A DNA stretch of 59,295 bases. Source: an uncultured Peptostreptococcaceae bacterium (GTDB lineage Bacteria; Bacillota; Clostridia; Peptostreptococcales; BM714). The position numbers and the translations under genes are program-made. This document shows, piece by piece, positions 40,961 through 49,520 of this stretch (position 1 is its first letter; each line of letters opens with the position of its first letter). The notes under the pieces are model-generated. The model did not search any database and was not told the DNA's origin. It saw only the letters and a program-made list of their open reading frames with translations. Where the stretch lies: contig CAZEHH010000003.1 in assembly GCA_964512505.1 (NCBI GenBank), positions 1-59,295 on the forward strand. Direction: 5' to 3'.

Positions 40961-41458
40961 ATGGAAAAATTAAAAGATTTCTTATATGACATAAGCGACA
41001 TCTTGCTCGCTCTTTTTATAATAGCAATAATGGCGACTGTTATTTCTTGGAAATTTGCAGGGTCTTTTGAAGCAAGCGCCAATATTCCTGCAAGTCAAGA
41101 GCAATTGTCTTCGTTCCAGCCTGCCGAAACAGAAGCTGAACAAAATCAAACCGGGCAAGCAGAACCAAACGTCATTGAAAACCCTGCGGAAGAGCCCGAA
41201 CCTATAACCGAGCCCGAACCCGAACCTGAACCCGAGCCGGAACAACCCGTGGTCTACACAACAGTAAAAATTCCTTCAGGAAGCACTGGAGTAAGAATAG
41301 CAGGCATACTTAAGGATTCAGGCATTATCGACAGCACTACGGATTTCATAAACAGAACCGAAGCGAGGGGCCTAAGTTCGAAACTCCAGAGCGGGTCGTT
41401 CAAAATTGGTTCGGACATGGATTTGGATGAAATAATCGACAAACTGACAGGTCAATAG
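40961..41458 (+). CDS. membrane-anchored protein with an acidic Glu-Pro repeat linker and a C-terminal MltG/YceG N-terminal-like domain
   Basis: 165 aa. One TM (ILLALFIIAIMATVISW), EEPEPITEPEPEPEPEPEQ, then VKIPSGSTGVRIAGILKDSGII...FKIGSDMDLDEIIDKL. Confidence 0.6.
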   Translation: MEKLKDFLYDISDILLALFIIAIMATVISWKFAGSFEASANIPASQEQLSSFQPAETEAEQNQTGQAEPNVIENPAEEPEPITEPEPEPEPEPEQPVVYTTVKIPSGSTGVRIAGILKDSGIIDSTTDFINRTEARGLSSKLQSGSFKIGSDMDLDEIIDKLTGQ

Positions 41459-41566
41459 AAAAACAAGCAATAATTACGCAGCACTCATACGAAAACATGG
41501 GTCCTGCGCAATTATTGTCCGCTTGATGAATTTTGTGAAAATGCTTGATTGCATCCATATGGAGAT

Positions 41567-42940
41567 TTACCCCTGCATTCTCCAATTCTTGTTGTACATA
41601 TTCTTCAAAAAACCGCCCTGGCCTTTTCCCCATCCCAATGGATATCCTTCGACGCAAACAAGATTCCAGCCCTTGTTGCACTTTACCCCCAAGGTTTCTC
41701 CCTTCAGGTATTTGTACACATCCGGGTCTTCTATGCTCAAATCAACCGAATTTAAAACCTGATGTTTTTTTAGCCCCATTGCAAACGACTGTGAAGGCAT
41801 GAATCTGCCCTTTGCAACTTCCCCGATCAACCATCCGTTTCTCATGTATTTCAAACCAGCAAGGTTAAAACTTTTTTCGGGGCGTATGAACACTTTGCCT
41901 TCATAAATGTCCATTCTCCCAATGCAATCTTCAAAACCCGATATGTTTTCTTCAATAAAATCCTTCACAGGTTCAAGCCCACTGCCGAATTCCGCATTCC
42001 CCGCCTTGTGCAATTCCACTTGTACCGCTCCGGTGGTTTTTCTGCAATGAACTTTTGCCATGAAATGGCCCTCGCCTCTGTGTTTGTGGGGCCATACCCT
42101 TCCAAATCCTGAAACAGGCTCCGCTCCATCAATCGCCAACTCGCCCGAAATACCCCAGGCCTCTGGAATCATGCCCATTTCAAAGCCGCTGTTTTCATTT
42201 ACGAAACCAGATACGATTTCTTCATTTTCACTCCTTGAAAATGTGCATGTTGAGTAAACCAATTTGCCGTTTTCAGCCAGCATTCCACTCGCGTCGCGAA
42301 TTATTCCTCTTTGTATTTCAGTGCAGGCTTTTCCTCCATACTGTTCCCAGCTATCTGCCGCCTTTGAATCTCTTCTGAACATCCCTTCTCCCGAACAGGG
42401 GGCGTCAACAAGCACAGAATCAAATGAATACTTCCAAATTCCAGCCATTCTTGCAGGTTCCTCATTCAAAATCATCACGTTCTTTATTCCAAACCATTCC
42501 ATGTTTCGTATCAATGCCCTGACCCTCTTGGGGTTTATGTCGTTGCAAACCAAAAGCCCCTTGTCCTTTATCATTGACGACAATTGAACCGACTTTCCTC
42601 CCGGAGCGGCACATAGGTCCAGTACTGCATCTCCGGGTTGCGGGCTGAGAAGGTTGGCAGGCGCCATTGCCGAAGGTTCCTGTATATAGTACAGGCCCGC
42701 GTGATAAAAGGGATGTTTTGAAGGCTTGCATTTTTCGATATCGTATATGAATCCATTTTCGTCCCATGGTACGCTCTGCAGTTCGAAAGGGCATATTTCC
42801 AGGAATTCTTCCCTTGAAATTTTCATTGTGTTCAGTCTTATTCCATGCAGCGGCTTTTCATTGTAAATTCCAATAAAATCTTTATATTCCGCATCAAGGT
42901 CTTTTTTTATTCTGGATTTGAATCTTTCCGGCAATTTCAT
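41567..42940 (-). CDS. RsmB/RsmF-family (NOL1/NOP2/Sun) rRNA m5C methyltransferase
   Basis: 457 aa. SAM site DLCAAPGGKS and catalytic DAPCSGEGMFRRD, TCTFS. Confidence 0.88.
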   Translation of the reverse strand: MKLPERFKSRIKKDLDAEYKDFIGIYNEKPLHGIRLNTMKISREEFLEICPFELQSVPWDENGFIYDIEKCKPSKHPFYHAGLYYIQEPSAMAPANLLSPQPGDAVLDLCAAPGGKSVQLSSMIKDKGLLVCNDINPKRVRALIRNMEWFGIKNVMILNEEPARMAGIWKYSFDSVLVDAPCSGEGMFRRDSKAADSWEQYGGKACTEIQRGIIRDASGMLAENGKLVYSTCTFSRSENEEIVSGFVNENSGFEMGMIPEAWGISGELAIDGAEPVSGFGRVWPHKHRGEGHFMAKVHCRKTTGAVQVELHKAGNAEFGSGLEPVKDFIEENISGFEDCIGRMDIYEGKVFIRPEKSFNLAGLKYMRNGWLIGEVAKGRFMPSQSFAMGLKKHQVLNSVDLSIEDPDVYKYLKGETLGVKCNKGWNLVCVEGYPLGWGKGQGGFLKNMYNKNWRMQG

Positions 42941-43077
42941 CCGATTCCCTCTTCTTCCTTTGTTTAATATGCTTCAATATATCACAATTAGGCTTTGCAT
43001 TGTAGAAATATCTTTGTCTTAGGTATATAATTACATTGGGAATAAAACTATTCAATACATACAAAGGAGGGGCTGAC

Positions 43078-44007
43078 ATGCCTTTAGTTACATCTACCGA
43101 TATGTTCAAGCGTGCATATTCCGAAAAATATGCCGTAGGAGCCTTTAATGTAAACAACATGGAAATAATTCAAGGGATCGTACAGGCGGCGGCAAAGGAA
43201 AATGCGCCGTTGATTCTCCAGGTATCTGCAGGCGCAAGAAAATATGCGCGACCTGTATACCTTAAAAAACTGGTTGAAGCGGCAATCGAGGATACGGGAC
43301 TCGACATCGTTCTTCATCTTGACCATGGTGAGGATTTTGAAATCTGCAAGCAATGCATAGACGACGGATTCACTTCTGTTATGATCGACGGTTCAAAACA
43401 TCCATTCGAGGAAAACATAGCTCTCACAAAACGAGTAGTCGACTACGCCCATGAAAAAGGAGTTGTCGTAGAGGCTGAATTGGGCAAACTTGCAGGCATA
43501 GAAGACAATATCAAGGTATCCGGAAGAAACGCCACATTCACAGACCCGGACGAGGCTGTTGAATTTGTCGAAAGGACAAAGGTTGATTCATTGGCCATAG
43601 CCATAGGAACAAGCCATGGAGCGTATAAGTTCAAAGGAGAACCCAAACTTGATTTTGAACGTCTGGAAACAATAACAAGGCTGCTTCCGGAATACCCGCT
43701 GGTTCTTCACGGTTCTTCGACTGTCATTCCCGAGTTTGTTCAAATGTGCAACGATTTCGGCGGAAACATTCCCGGAGCCAAGGGCGTTCCCGAGCCAATG
43801 CTCAGGCAGGCGTCAAAACTGGGTGTTTGCAAAATAAACATTGATACAGACCTGCGTTTGGCAATGACTGCCGCAATCCGAAAGTCATTCGTAGAAAACC
43901 CGGAAGTTTTCGATCCAAGAAAATACCTGGGCAAGGGAAGAACCGCCATAGAAGAAATGGTCGCCCATAAAATAAAGAATGTTTTGGGATGCAGCGGAAA
44001 AGCATAA
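43078..44007 (+). CDS. fba: class II fructose-1,6-bisphosphate aldolase (start at the ATG after AAAGGAGG; the track ORF starts at 43036)
   Basis: MPLVTSTDMFKRAYSEKYAVGAFNVNNME, LHLDHG, SVMIDGS and IGTSHGAYKF are present. Confidence 0.94.
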   Translation: MPLVTSTDMFKRAYSEKYAVGAFNVNNMEIIQGIVQAAAKENAPLILQVSAGARKYARPVYLKKLVEAAIEDTGLDIVLHLDHGEDFEICKQCIDDGFTSVMIDGSKHPFEENIALTKRVVDYAHEKGVVVEAELGKLAGIEDNIKVSGRNATFTDPDEAVEFVERTKVDSLAIAIGTSHGAYKFKGEPKLDFERLETITRLLPEYPLVLHGSSTVIPEFVQMCNDFGGNIPGAKGVPEPMLRQASKLGVCKINIDTDLRLAMTAAIRKSFVENPEVFDPRKYLGKGRTAIEEMVAHKIKNVLGCSGKA

Positions 44008-44020
44008 ATTTCAAAACAAA

Positions 44021-44046
44021 AGGAGTCTGCCATATGGCAGACTCCT
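44021..44046. terminator. bidirectional terminator shared by convergent fba and gatB
   Basis: aggagtctgcca-ta-tggcagactcct gives a 12-bp stem with A/T runs on both sides. Confidence 0.85.
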
Positions 44047-44068
44047 TTTATTTGAATAGACCTAATTG

Positions 44069-45517
44069 TCAGGCTTGCTTTGAATGCAAATCGTCTATTG
44101 TTTTTAGCAAAATCGCTTTTGCTATGCCCGGATCGGCTTTCCCGGATGTCTTCCTCATTATTTGACCTATGAGGGATTGCAGAGCCTTTTCTTTCCCTGA
44201 AAGGTAGTCTTCAACGACCTTTGGCATTTGTCCGACTGTTTCAAGCGCAAGGCTTGAAAGGTAGTCTTCATCCTTTATCAATCGCAAATCGTCTCTTTCG
44301 ATTATTAAATCAGGGGAAAGATTTTCTTTCCACATCTTTTCTATAACTTTTTTTGCCAACGTATTATTGATTGTTCCTAAGAAAATCAAGTCGGCAAGCC
44401 GTGCGAAATCATCACTTGTGAAAGGTATCCGGGCATCTTCGCCCTCTTTTGACAGAAGCCTTGTTATGTCTGTCATCAGTATATTTGCTGCCGTCTTCGG
44501 GGACTTGACTTTTTTTGCGGTCATGTCGAAATAATCCGAAAGATATTTGCTTGATACTAATTGTTCCGCATCATATACGGTCAACTGATAGTCTTTTATA
44601 TATTTGGCTTTTCGTTCATCCGGAAGTTCGGGCAGTGATTGCCTCATTTCTTCAACAAAAGAGTCTCCGATGATTATAGGCATCAAATCGGGATCCGGAA
44701 AATATCTGTAGTCGTGTGCGTCTTCCTTCGTTCTCATTGAAACCGACTTGCCCGCCGACTGCTCCCATCTTCTTGTTTCCTGAACTACGGCCCCACCCGA
44801 TTCAATCAATTTGATTTGACGCAAAGTTTCGTTTTCAATAGCCTTTGAAATGGAAACGAATGAATTCAGGTTTTTCATTTCCGTTCGTGTGCCAAGCTTA
44901 TTTTCGCCTTTTTTTCTTACAGAGAGGTTTACATCGCACCTGAGTGAGCCTTCGTTCATCCTGCAGTCTGAAACCCCGACATAAAGAAGAATTGCGCGAA
45001 GCTTCTGCACATACGCCTTTGCCTCCTCGGCGGAACGGATATCCGGCTCCGATACGATTTCTATCAGCGGAACCCCGCATCGGTTGTAATCAACCAGCGA
45101 ACCGCCTTCCGAGTCGTGGACAAGCTTTCCTGCATCCTCTTCGATATGAATTCTTGTTATTCCAATTCGCTTTGACTTTCCCTTGACTTCAATCTCTACA
45201 TGGCCGGAATGGCAAAGAGGCAAGTCGTATTGTGAAATTTGATATGCTTTGGGCGAATCGGGGTAAAAATAATTTTTCCTGTCCTGTTTTCCAATTCTCG
45301 TAATCTCGCATTTCGTCGCCAATCCCGAAAGAACAGCATACTCCACCACCTGTTCATTCAGAACAGGCAGTGAGCCTGGGAGTCCCAGGCATACCGGGCA
45401 ACATTGGGTGTTGGGCTTTGCTCCAAATGAAGTTCTGCATCCGCAAAATATCTTTGTTTCGGTTTTCAGCTCAACATGAACCTCAAGGCCAATCACAATT
45501 TCATAATCGTCATTCAT
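44069..45517 (-). CDS. gatB: Asp-tRNA(Asn)/Glu-tRNA(Gln) amidotransferase subunit B (ATG at 45517 overlaps the gatA stop in ATGAATGA)
   Basis: MNDDYEIVIGLEVHVEL... is the canonical GatB N-terminus. A YqeY-like C-terminal domain is present. The track ORF extension to 45583 lies inside gatA. Confidence 0.94.
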   Translation of the reverse strand: MNDDYEIVIGLEVHVELKTETKIFCGCRTSFGAKPNTQCCPVCLGLPGSLPVLNEQVVEYAVLSGLATKCEITRIGKQDRKNYFYPDSPKAYQISQYDLPLCHSGHVEIEVKGKSKRIGITRIHIEEDAGKLVHDSEGGSLVDYNRCGVPLIEIVSEPDIRSAEEAKAYVQKLRAILLYVGVSDCRMNEGSLRCDVNLSVRKKGENKLGTRTEMKNLNSFVSISKAIENETLRQIKLIESGGAVVQETRRWEQSAGKSVSMRTKEDAHDYRYFPDPDLMPIIIGDSFVEEMRQSLPELPDERKAKYIKDYQLTVYDAEQLVSSKYLSDYFDMTAKKVKSPKTAANILMTDITRLLSKEGEDARIPFTSDDFARLADLIFLGTINNTLAKKVIEKMWKENLSPDLIIERDDLRLIKDEDYLSSLALETVGQMPKVVEDYLSGKEKALQSLIGQIMRKTSGKADPGIAKAILLKTIDDLHSKQA

Positions 45518-46952
45518 CAAATCCACCTCTTTCATATGCATGAGCGGCACGCAATATTGACGCCTCGTCAAATGCTTTTCCAATCAACTGCATTCCGATA
45601 GGCAAGCCGTCTTTATCGAATCCGCAATTCATCGACAGTCCCGGCAAGCCCGCTATATTTACGGGGACTGTGTATATGTCACCCATGTACATTTCTATCG
45701 GGTTTTCACTTTTTGACCCAAACGGATATGCCGCAGTCGGAGCGGTAGGGGACAGGATAAGATCAAAAGTCTTGAACAAATTGTCAAACTCGGCTTTTAT
45801 CAAGCTTCTTACCTGTTGCGCCTTTTTATAATAGGCATCATAGTATCCCGAACTCAAAGCGTATGTCCCAAGCAATATTCTTCTTTTAACCTCTTTTCCA
45901 AAACCTTTGCTCCTTGCTTCCTTGTATAGTTCATCGAGGTTGAAATCCCCCTCGGGCCTGAATCCGTACTGTATGCCGTCAAATCGGGAAAGGTTTGACG
46001 ACGCCTCCGCAGATGAAATAATATAATACGCGGGAAGAGCATGTTTTACGCTCGATATTTCGACTTCTTCCACAGAAGCTCCCATTTTTCTAAAATTTTC
46101 AGCCGCCGCCAGAACCGCGCTTTTTACCTCGGGGGCGATCCCCTCGTCAAAGTAATTCTTAGGCAAAGCTATCCTCATACCCTTTACATCCCTGTCCAGA
46201 GATTCCATGAAATCTTCATCTTCCATTTTCACAGAAGTGGAATCCTTTTCGTCAAAACCGCACAAGACATTCATCACGTATGCCAGGTCGCTTGTGCTTC
46301 TTGCGAAAGGACCGATTTGGTCAAGAGACGAGGCAAAAGCTATCAATCCGTACCTCGAAATCCTTCCATACGTCGGCTTGAGCCCTAAAACTCCGCAAAA
46401 GCTAGCCGGCTGCCTTATTGACCCTCCTGTATCCGATCCCAATGCGAACAATGCCTGTTTTGATGCAACAGCCGCCGCCGACCCTCCCGAGCTTCCTCCC
46501 GGCACCCTGGAAAGGTCATGAGGATTCTTTGTGTTCTGGTAATAGGAATTCTCAGTGGTCGAACCCATTGCGAACTCATCCATGTTCAGTTTTCCAAGCA
46601 CTACGGCATCCGCATCCGAAAGAGTTTCAACAACGCTTGCATTGAACGGCGATTTATATTTTTCAAGCATTCTCGAACCGCAGGTGGTCGGCATTTCGAC
46701 AGTGCAAATATTGTCTTTCAGAGCCATCGGAATACCCGCAAGCACTCCAACATCCAACCCGTCAGATATTTTTTTATCTATCCTCTCGGATTTTTCCAAT
46801 GCTTTAAAATTGTCCACATATAAATAAGCCGATATATCCCTGTCCTTTTCATTTATGCGTGAAAGATACTCTTTTGTTATTTCAACTGAAGATATTTCTT
46901 TTGACAAGAGAGCCTTTCTCATTGTCATTATATCCATATCGATAATTTTCAT
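45510..46952 (-). CDS. gatA: Asp-tRNA(Asn)/Glu-tRNA(Gln) amidotransferase subunit A (ATG at 46952 after GGAGGGGTG)
   Basis: Amidase signature GGSSGGSAAAVA and LGSDTGGSIRQPASFCG. Confidence 0.95.
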   Translation of the reverse strand: MKIIDMDIMTMRKALLSKEISSVEITKEYLSRINEKDRDISAYLYVDNFKALEKSERIDKKISDGLDVGVLAGIPMALKDNICTVEMPTTCGSRMLEKYKSPFNASVVETLSDADAVVLGKLNMDEFAMGSTTENSYYQNTKNPHDLSRVPGGSSGGSAAAVASKQALFALGSDTGGSIRQPASFCGVLGLKPTYGRISRYGLIAFASSLDQIGPFARSTSDLAYVMNVLCGFDEKDSTSVKMEDEDFMESLDRDVKGMRIALPKNYFDEGIAPEVKSAVLAAAENFRKMGASVEEVEISSVKHALPAYYIISSAEASSNLSRFDGIQYGFRPEGDFNLDELYKEARSKGFGKEVKRRILLGTYALSSGYYDAYYKKAQQVRSLIKAEFDNLFKTFDLILSPTAPTAAYPFGSKSENPIEMYMGDIYTVPVNIAGLPGLSMNCGFDKDGLPIGMQLIGKAFDEASILRAAHAYERGGFDE

Positions 46953-46980
46953 TTTCACCCCTCCTTGCATTCTGTTTGCG

Positions 46981-49074
46981 CTATATGCTTTGTGGAACAT
47001 AAAAACAATTTTCCTTTTTAACCGGAGCGTTCTTTAAAACTTCTTCTACCGGCAAAGAAGGTTTTACTTGATCTTTTCTGAATACATTGTTGTTGTCAAT
47101 GATATAGGAAAGAGGGTCCACATCTCCCATTTCGACTGAATTCAATTGATTTGCAAAAGCGATTATGTCTGTCAGGTTTTTTGCCAGCTCGGCTCTTTCA
47201 TCATTTTCAACATTGAGTTTGGCAAGATTCGCGATGTGCTCAAGCATTTCTTCGGCTATCGCATCTTCCCTTCCCCCATCGCTAATTTCAGAAAGCGCGA
47301 CCAGCAAGTCGAGATCGATCAGCTGATTTGCGGAAACCTTTGAAGGTGTATCGACCATAGGGCAGGATGCATCCCTCAATTTGGGGAATGCTATGACTTC
47401 CCTTATGTTGGGGGCTCCCGCAATTATCATTATCAACCTGTCCAAACCGAATGCAAATCCTCCATGAGGCGGAGTTCCGTAATCGAATGCCTTAAGAAGA
47501 AATCCGAATCTTTCCTTTGCAACCGCAGGATCAAAACCAAGAAGCTCAAATATCTTTGACTGTATTTCGCTTTGATGGATTCTTATGCTTCCGCTTCCGA
47601 GCTCTATTCCGTTTAAAACCACATCATAGGATTTCGCCCTGACGTCCCCGGGTTTTGTCTTCAGAAGTTCAATGTCTTCATCGTTGGGCATAGTGAAAGG
47701 GTGATGCATCGCAATGTACCTTTTTTCGTCCTCTGACCATTCCAGCAAAGGAAAATCGGTTACAACGGCAAAAGCGAATTTGTTTTTATCCCTCAAACAC
47801 AAAATATCTGCAATTTCCAATCTTAAACTCCCGAGAATATTTCTTGCTTTTTCTTTATCGTCTGCGCTGAAAATAATCATGTCTCCCGGTTTGGCCTCTA
47901 ATTTCGCAATGATTCTTACCATGTCTTCTTCTGAAAAATATTTGGTAAGGACAGACCTCAAACTTCCATCAGGCTCAATTGCAATCCAAGCCATGCCTTT
48001 GCCTCCGAATTGAAATGCTTTTTCTGTAAGATGCTCTATTTGAGTCCTTGTAAGTTCATTCCCGCCTTTGATGCACAAGCCTTTTACTATGCCTCCACGA
48101 TCGACCACATTCCGGAAAACCTCAAAGCTGCATACCTTCATTATTTCGGTCAAGTCAACCATCGGCATGTCGAATCTTAAATCCGGCTTATCGAATCCAT
48201 ACTTGTCCATTGCTTCTTCATAGGTCATTCTCGTGAAAGGCGTCTTAATATCTATTCCCTTCGTCTTTTTCAAAATTTTCGCGAACAATTCTTCAAGCAT
48301 TCCTATTACATCCTCTTGATCGACAAAACTCATTTCCATGTCTATCTGGGTGAATTCAGGCTGACGGTCCGACCTTAGATCTTCGTCCCTGAAGCATTTT
48401 GCCACTTGATAATACTTGTCGACACCTGAAACCATAAGCAATTGCTTGTATATTTGGGGGGATTGCGGCAATGCATAAAAAGTCCCCTTTGAAACCCTGC
48501 TGGGAACAAGGTAATCCCTTGCCCCCTCCGGTGTGCTCTTTGTAAGAATAGGGGTTTCTATCTCCATGAAATCTTTTTCCTCGAAATAATTTCTTATTGA
48601 AGAAAGCACCGACTGCCTTGTTTTAAGATTGTTCAGCATTTCCGCCCTTCTCAAATCCAGATACCTGTACTTGAGCCTCAATTCTTCCCTCACTTCCACG
48701 TATTCGTCAAGAATGAAGGGAGGCGTCTTGGACTTGTTGAGAATGCGAAGCTCAGTTGCCCTCACATCTATTGTGCCTGTTGGCAGGTTCACGTTTACCG
48801 TTTCTTCGTCACGCCTTTCCAGCCTGCCTGAAACAGCTACGACATATTCATTCCTTATGGATTCGCCTTTTGCGAAATTTTCATTTCCAATGCTTCCCGC
48901 GTCTAATACAACCTGCACAATTCCGGAAACATCCCGCAAATCGATAAAAATTACTCCGCCAAGGTCCCTTCGTCTCTGCACCCATCCCATTACCGTAACA
49001 GTTTCCCCAATATTGTTCTCTGTCAGCTTCCCGCAATAGTGAGTTCTTTTCATACCCTTCATTGAATCGCCCAT
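46981..49074 (-). CDS. aspS: aspartyl-tRNA synthetase (bacterial type) fused in frame to a full-length GatC domain (residues ~603-697, nt 47268..46984)
   Basis: A single 697-aa ORF. The AspRS body (RTHYCGKL, class II motifs FRDEDLRSDRQPEFTQID, GGFAFGLDRL) ends near ...QLIDLDLLVALSE. It continues without a stop into DAIAEEMLEHIANLAKLNVENDERAELAKNLTDIIAFANQLNSV...NVFRKDQVKPSLPVEEVLKNAPVKKENCFYVPQSI, which is GatC-like end to end. Confidence 0.85.
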   Translation of the reverse strand: MGDSMKGMKRTHYCGKLTENNIGETVTVMGWVQRRRDLGGVIFIDLRDVSGIVQVVLDAGSIGNENFAKGESIRNEYVVAVSGRLERRDEETVNVNLPTGTIDVRATELRILNKSKTPPFILDEYVEVREELRLKYRYLDLRRAEMLNNLKTRQSVLSSIRNYFEEKDFMEIETPILTKSTPEGARDYLVPSRVSKGTFYALPQSPQIYKQLLMVSGVDKYYQVAKCFRDEDLRSDRQPEFTQIDMEMSFVDQEDVIGMLEELFAKILKKTKGIDIKTPFTRMTYEEAMDKYGFDKPDLRFDMPMVDLTEIMKVCSFEVFRNVVDRGGIVKGLCIKGGNELTRTQIEHLTEKAFQFGGKGMAWIAIEPDGSLRSVLTKYFSEEDMVRIIAKLEAKPGDMIIFSADDKEKARNILGSLRLEIADILCLRDKNKFAFAVVTDFPLLEWSEDEKRYIAMHHPFTMPNDEDIELLKTKPGDVRAKSYDVVLNGIELGSGSIRIHQSEIQSKIFELLGFDPAVAKERFGFLLKAFDYGTPPHGGFAFGLDRLIMIIAGAPNIREVIAFPKLRDASCPMVDTPSKVSANQLIDLDLLVALSEISDGGREDAIAEEMLEHIANLAKLNVENDERAELAKNLTDIIAFANQLNSVEMGDVDPLSYIIDNNNVFRKDQVKPSLPVEEVLKNAPVKKENCFYVPQSI

Positions 49075-49084
49075 ATTGTCACAC

Positions 49085-49390
49085 TCCTTTTCTTCAAAAA
49101 CAAAAAAACCCGGTCCTCTTTGTTTGTTTCAAAGGGACGCAGGTTTGTACTTGCGCGGTGCCACCCAATTTGGTCCATAGACCCGGCTCATTTCAATACA
49201 GACATGTTTTGTCGATATCTACCGGTTTAACGCACCGGTTACGGCTGAATCTACTCGCTTAATAGCTTTCGGTCAGCGACTCGGGGAGGTTCTTCATCCA
49301 TTAATCCGTACTGATTTTCCACCGTCATCAGCTCTCTATTACTACCAAAATGGACTACTCTTCCCTTCAACGCCATCATATTTATTATTT
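49085..49390 (-). promoter_or_regulatory. T-box leader (tRNA-sensing riboswitch) with terminator, controlling aspS::gatC-gatA-gatB
   Basis: The minus-strand RNA has these Stem I elements: AGAGUA, AGAGAG, and the distal CGGUGGAAAAUCAG. The T-box sequence AAAUUGGGUGGCACCGCG is the rc of 49155-49172. The terminator GUCCCUUUG...CAAAGAGGAC plus U7 is the rc of 49101-49138. Confidence 0.85.
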
Positions 49391-49396
49391 ATGAAA

Positions 49397-49425
49397 ATTT
49401 TAAACTATGATTAATATTTTGTCAA
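49397..49425 (-). promoter_or_regulatory. sigma-A promoter for the T-box operon
   Basis: The rc reads TTGACA-17 nt-TAAAAT. Confidence 0.65.
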
Positions 49426-49459
49426 CCGTTATTTTTATAGGTATTCCAATAATAAAAAT

Positions 49460-49495
49460 CCATGGCCGGACAGGGGAGATATCATCCGGCCATGG
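49460..49495 (-). terminator. terminator after the NMT1-type ABC operon
   Basis: ccatggccgga-N14-tccggccatgg gives an 11-bp stem. The minus-strand reading is followed by GATTTTTATT. Confidence 0.75.
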
Positions 49496-49520
49496 CAGTA
49501 TTGCCTTTTCATTCATATTG

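Noticed and set aside
41400-41681. 93-aa minus-strand ORF spanning the convergent intergenic region between the MltG-like gene and the methyltransferase gene.
   Set aside because: It overlaps the 3' ends of two supported genes. It has no RBS or recognisable motif, and the spacer instead contains an inverted repeat (CAATAATTACGCAG...CTGCGCAATTATTG, 41467..41518) consistent with a terminator.
44069-45583. Long N-terminal extensions in the track ORFs of gatB (to 45583), gatA (to 47000), fba (from 43036), uppP (to 27142), kbl (to 34276), the SBP (to 50522), the GTPase (to 57264) and grdD (to 17289).
   Set aside because: In each case an internal ATG or TTG with a good RBS reproduces the canonical family N-terminus. 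The extension overlaps the upstream gene or lacks an RBS.
47265-47277. The SD-like run GGGGGAAGGGAAG at the AspRS/GatC junction as evidence for independent internal translation of GatC.
   Set aside because: The only ATG at suitable spacing is out of frame (ATG CGA TAG). The first in-frame ATG (Met610) is about 20 nt away and would truncate GatC. The run is kept only as a possible evolutionary relic and noted under the fusion finding.
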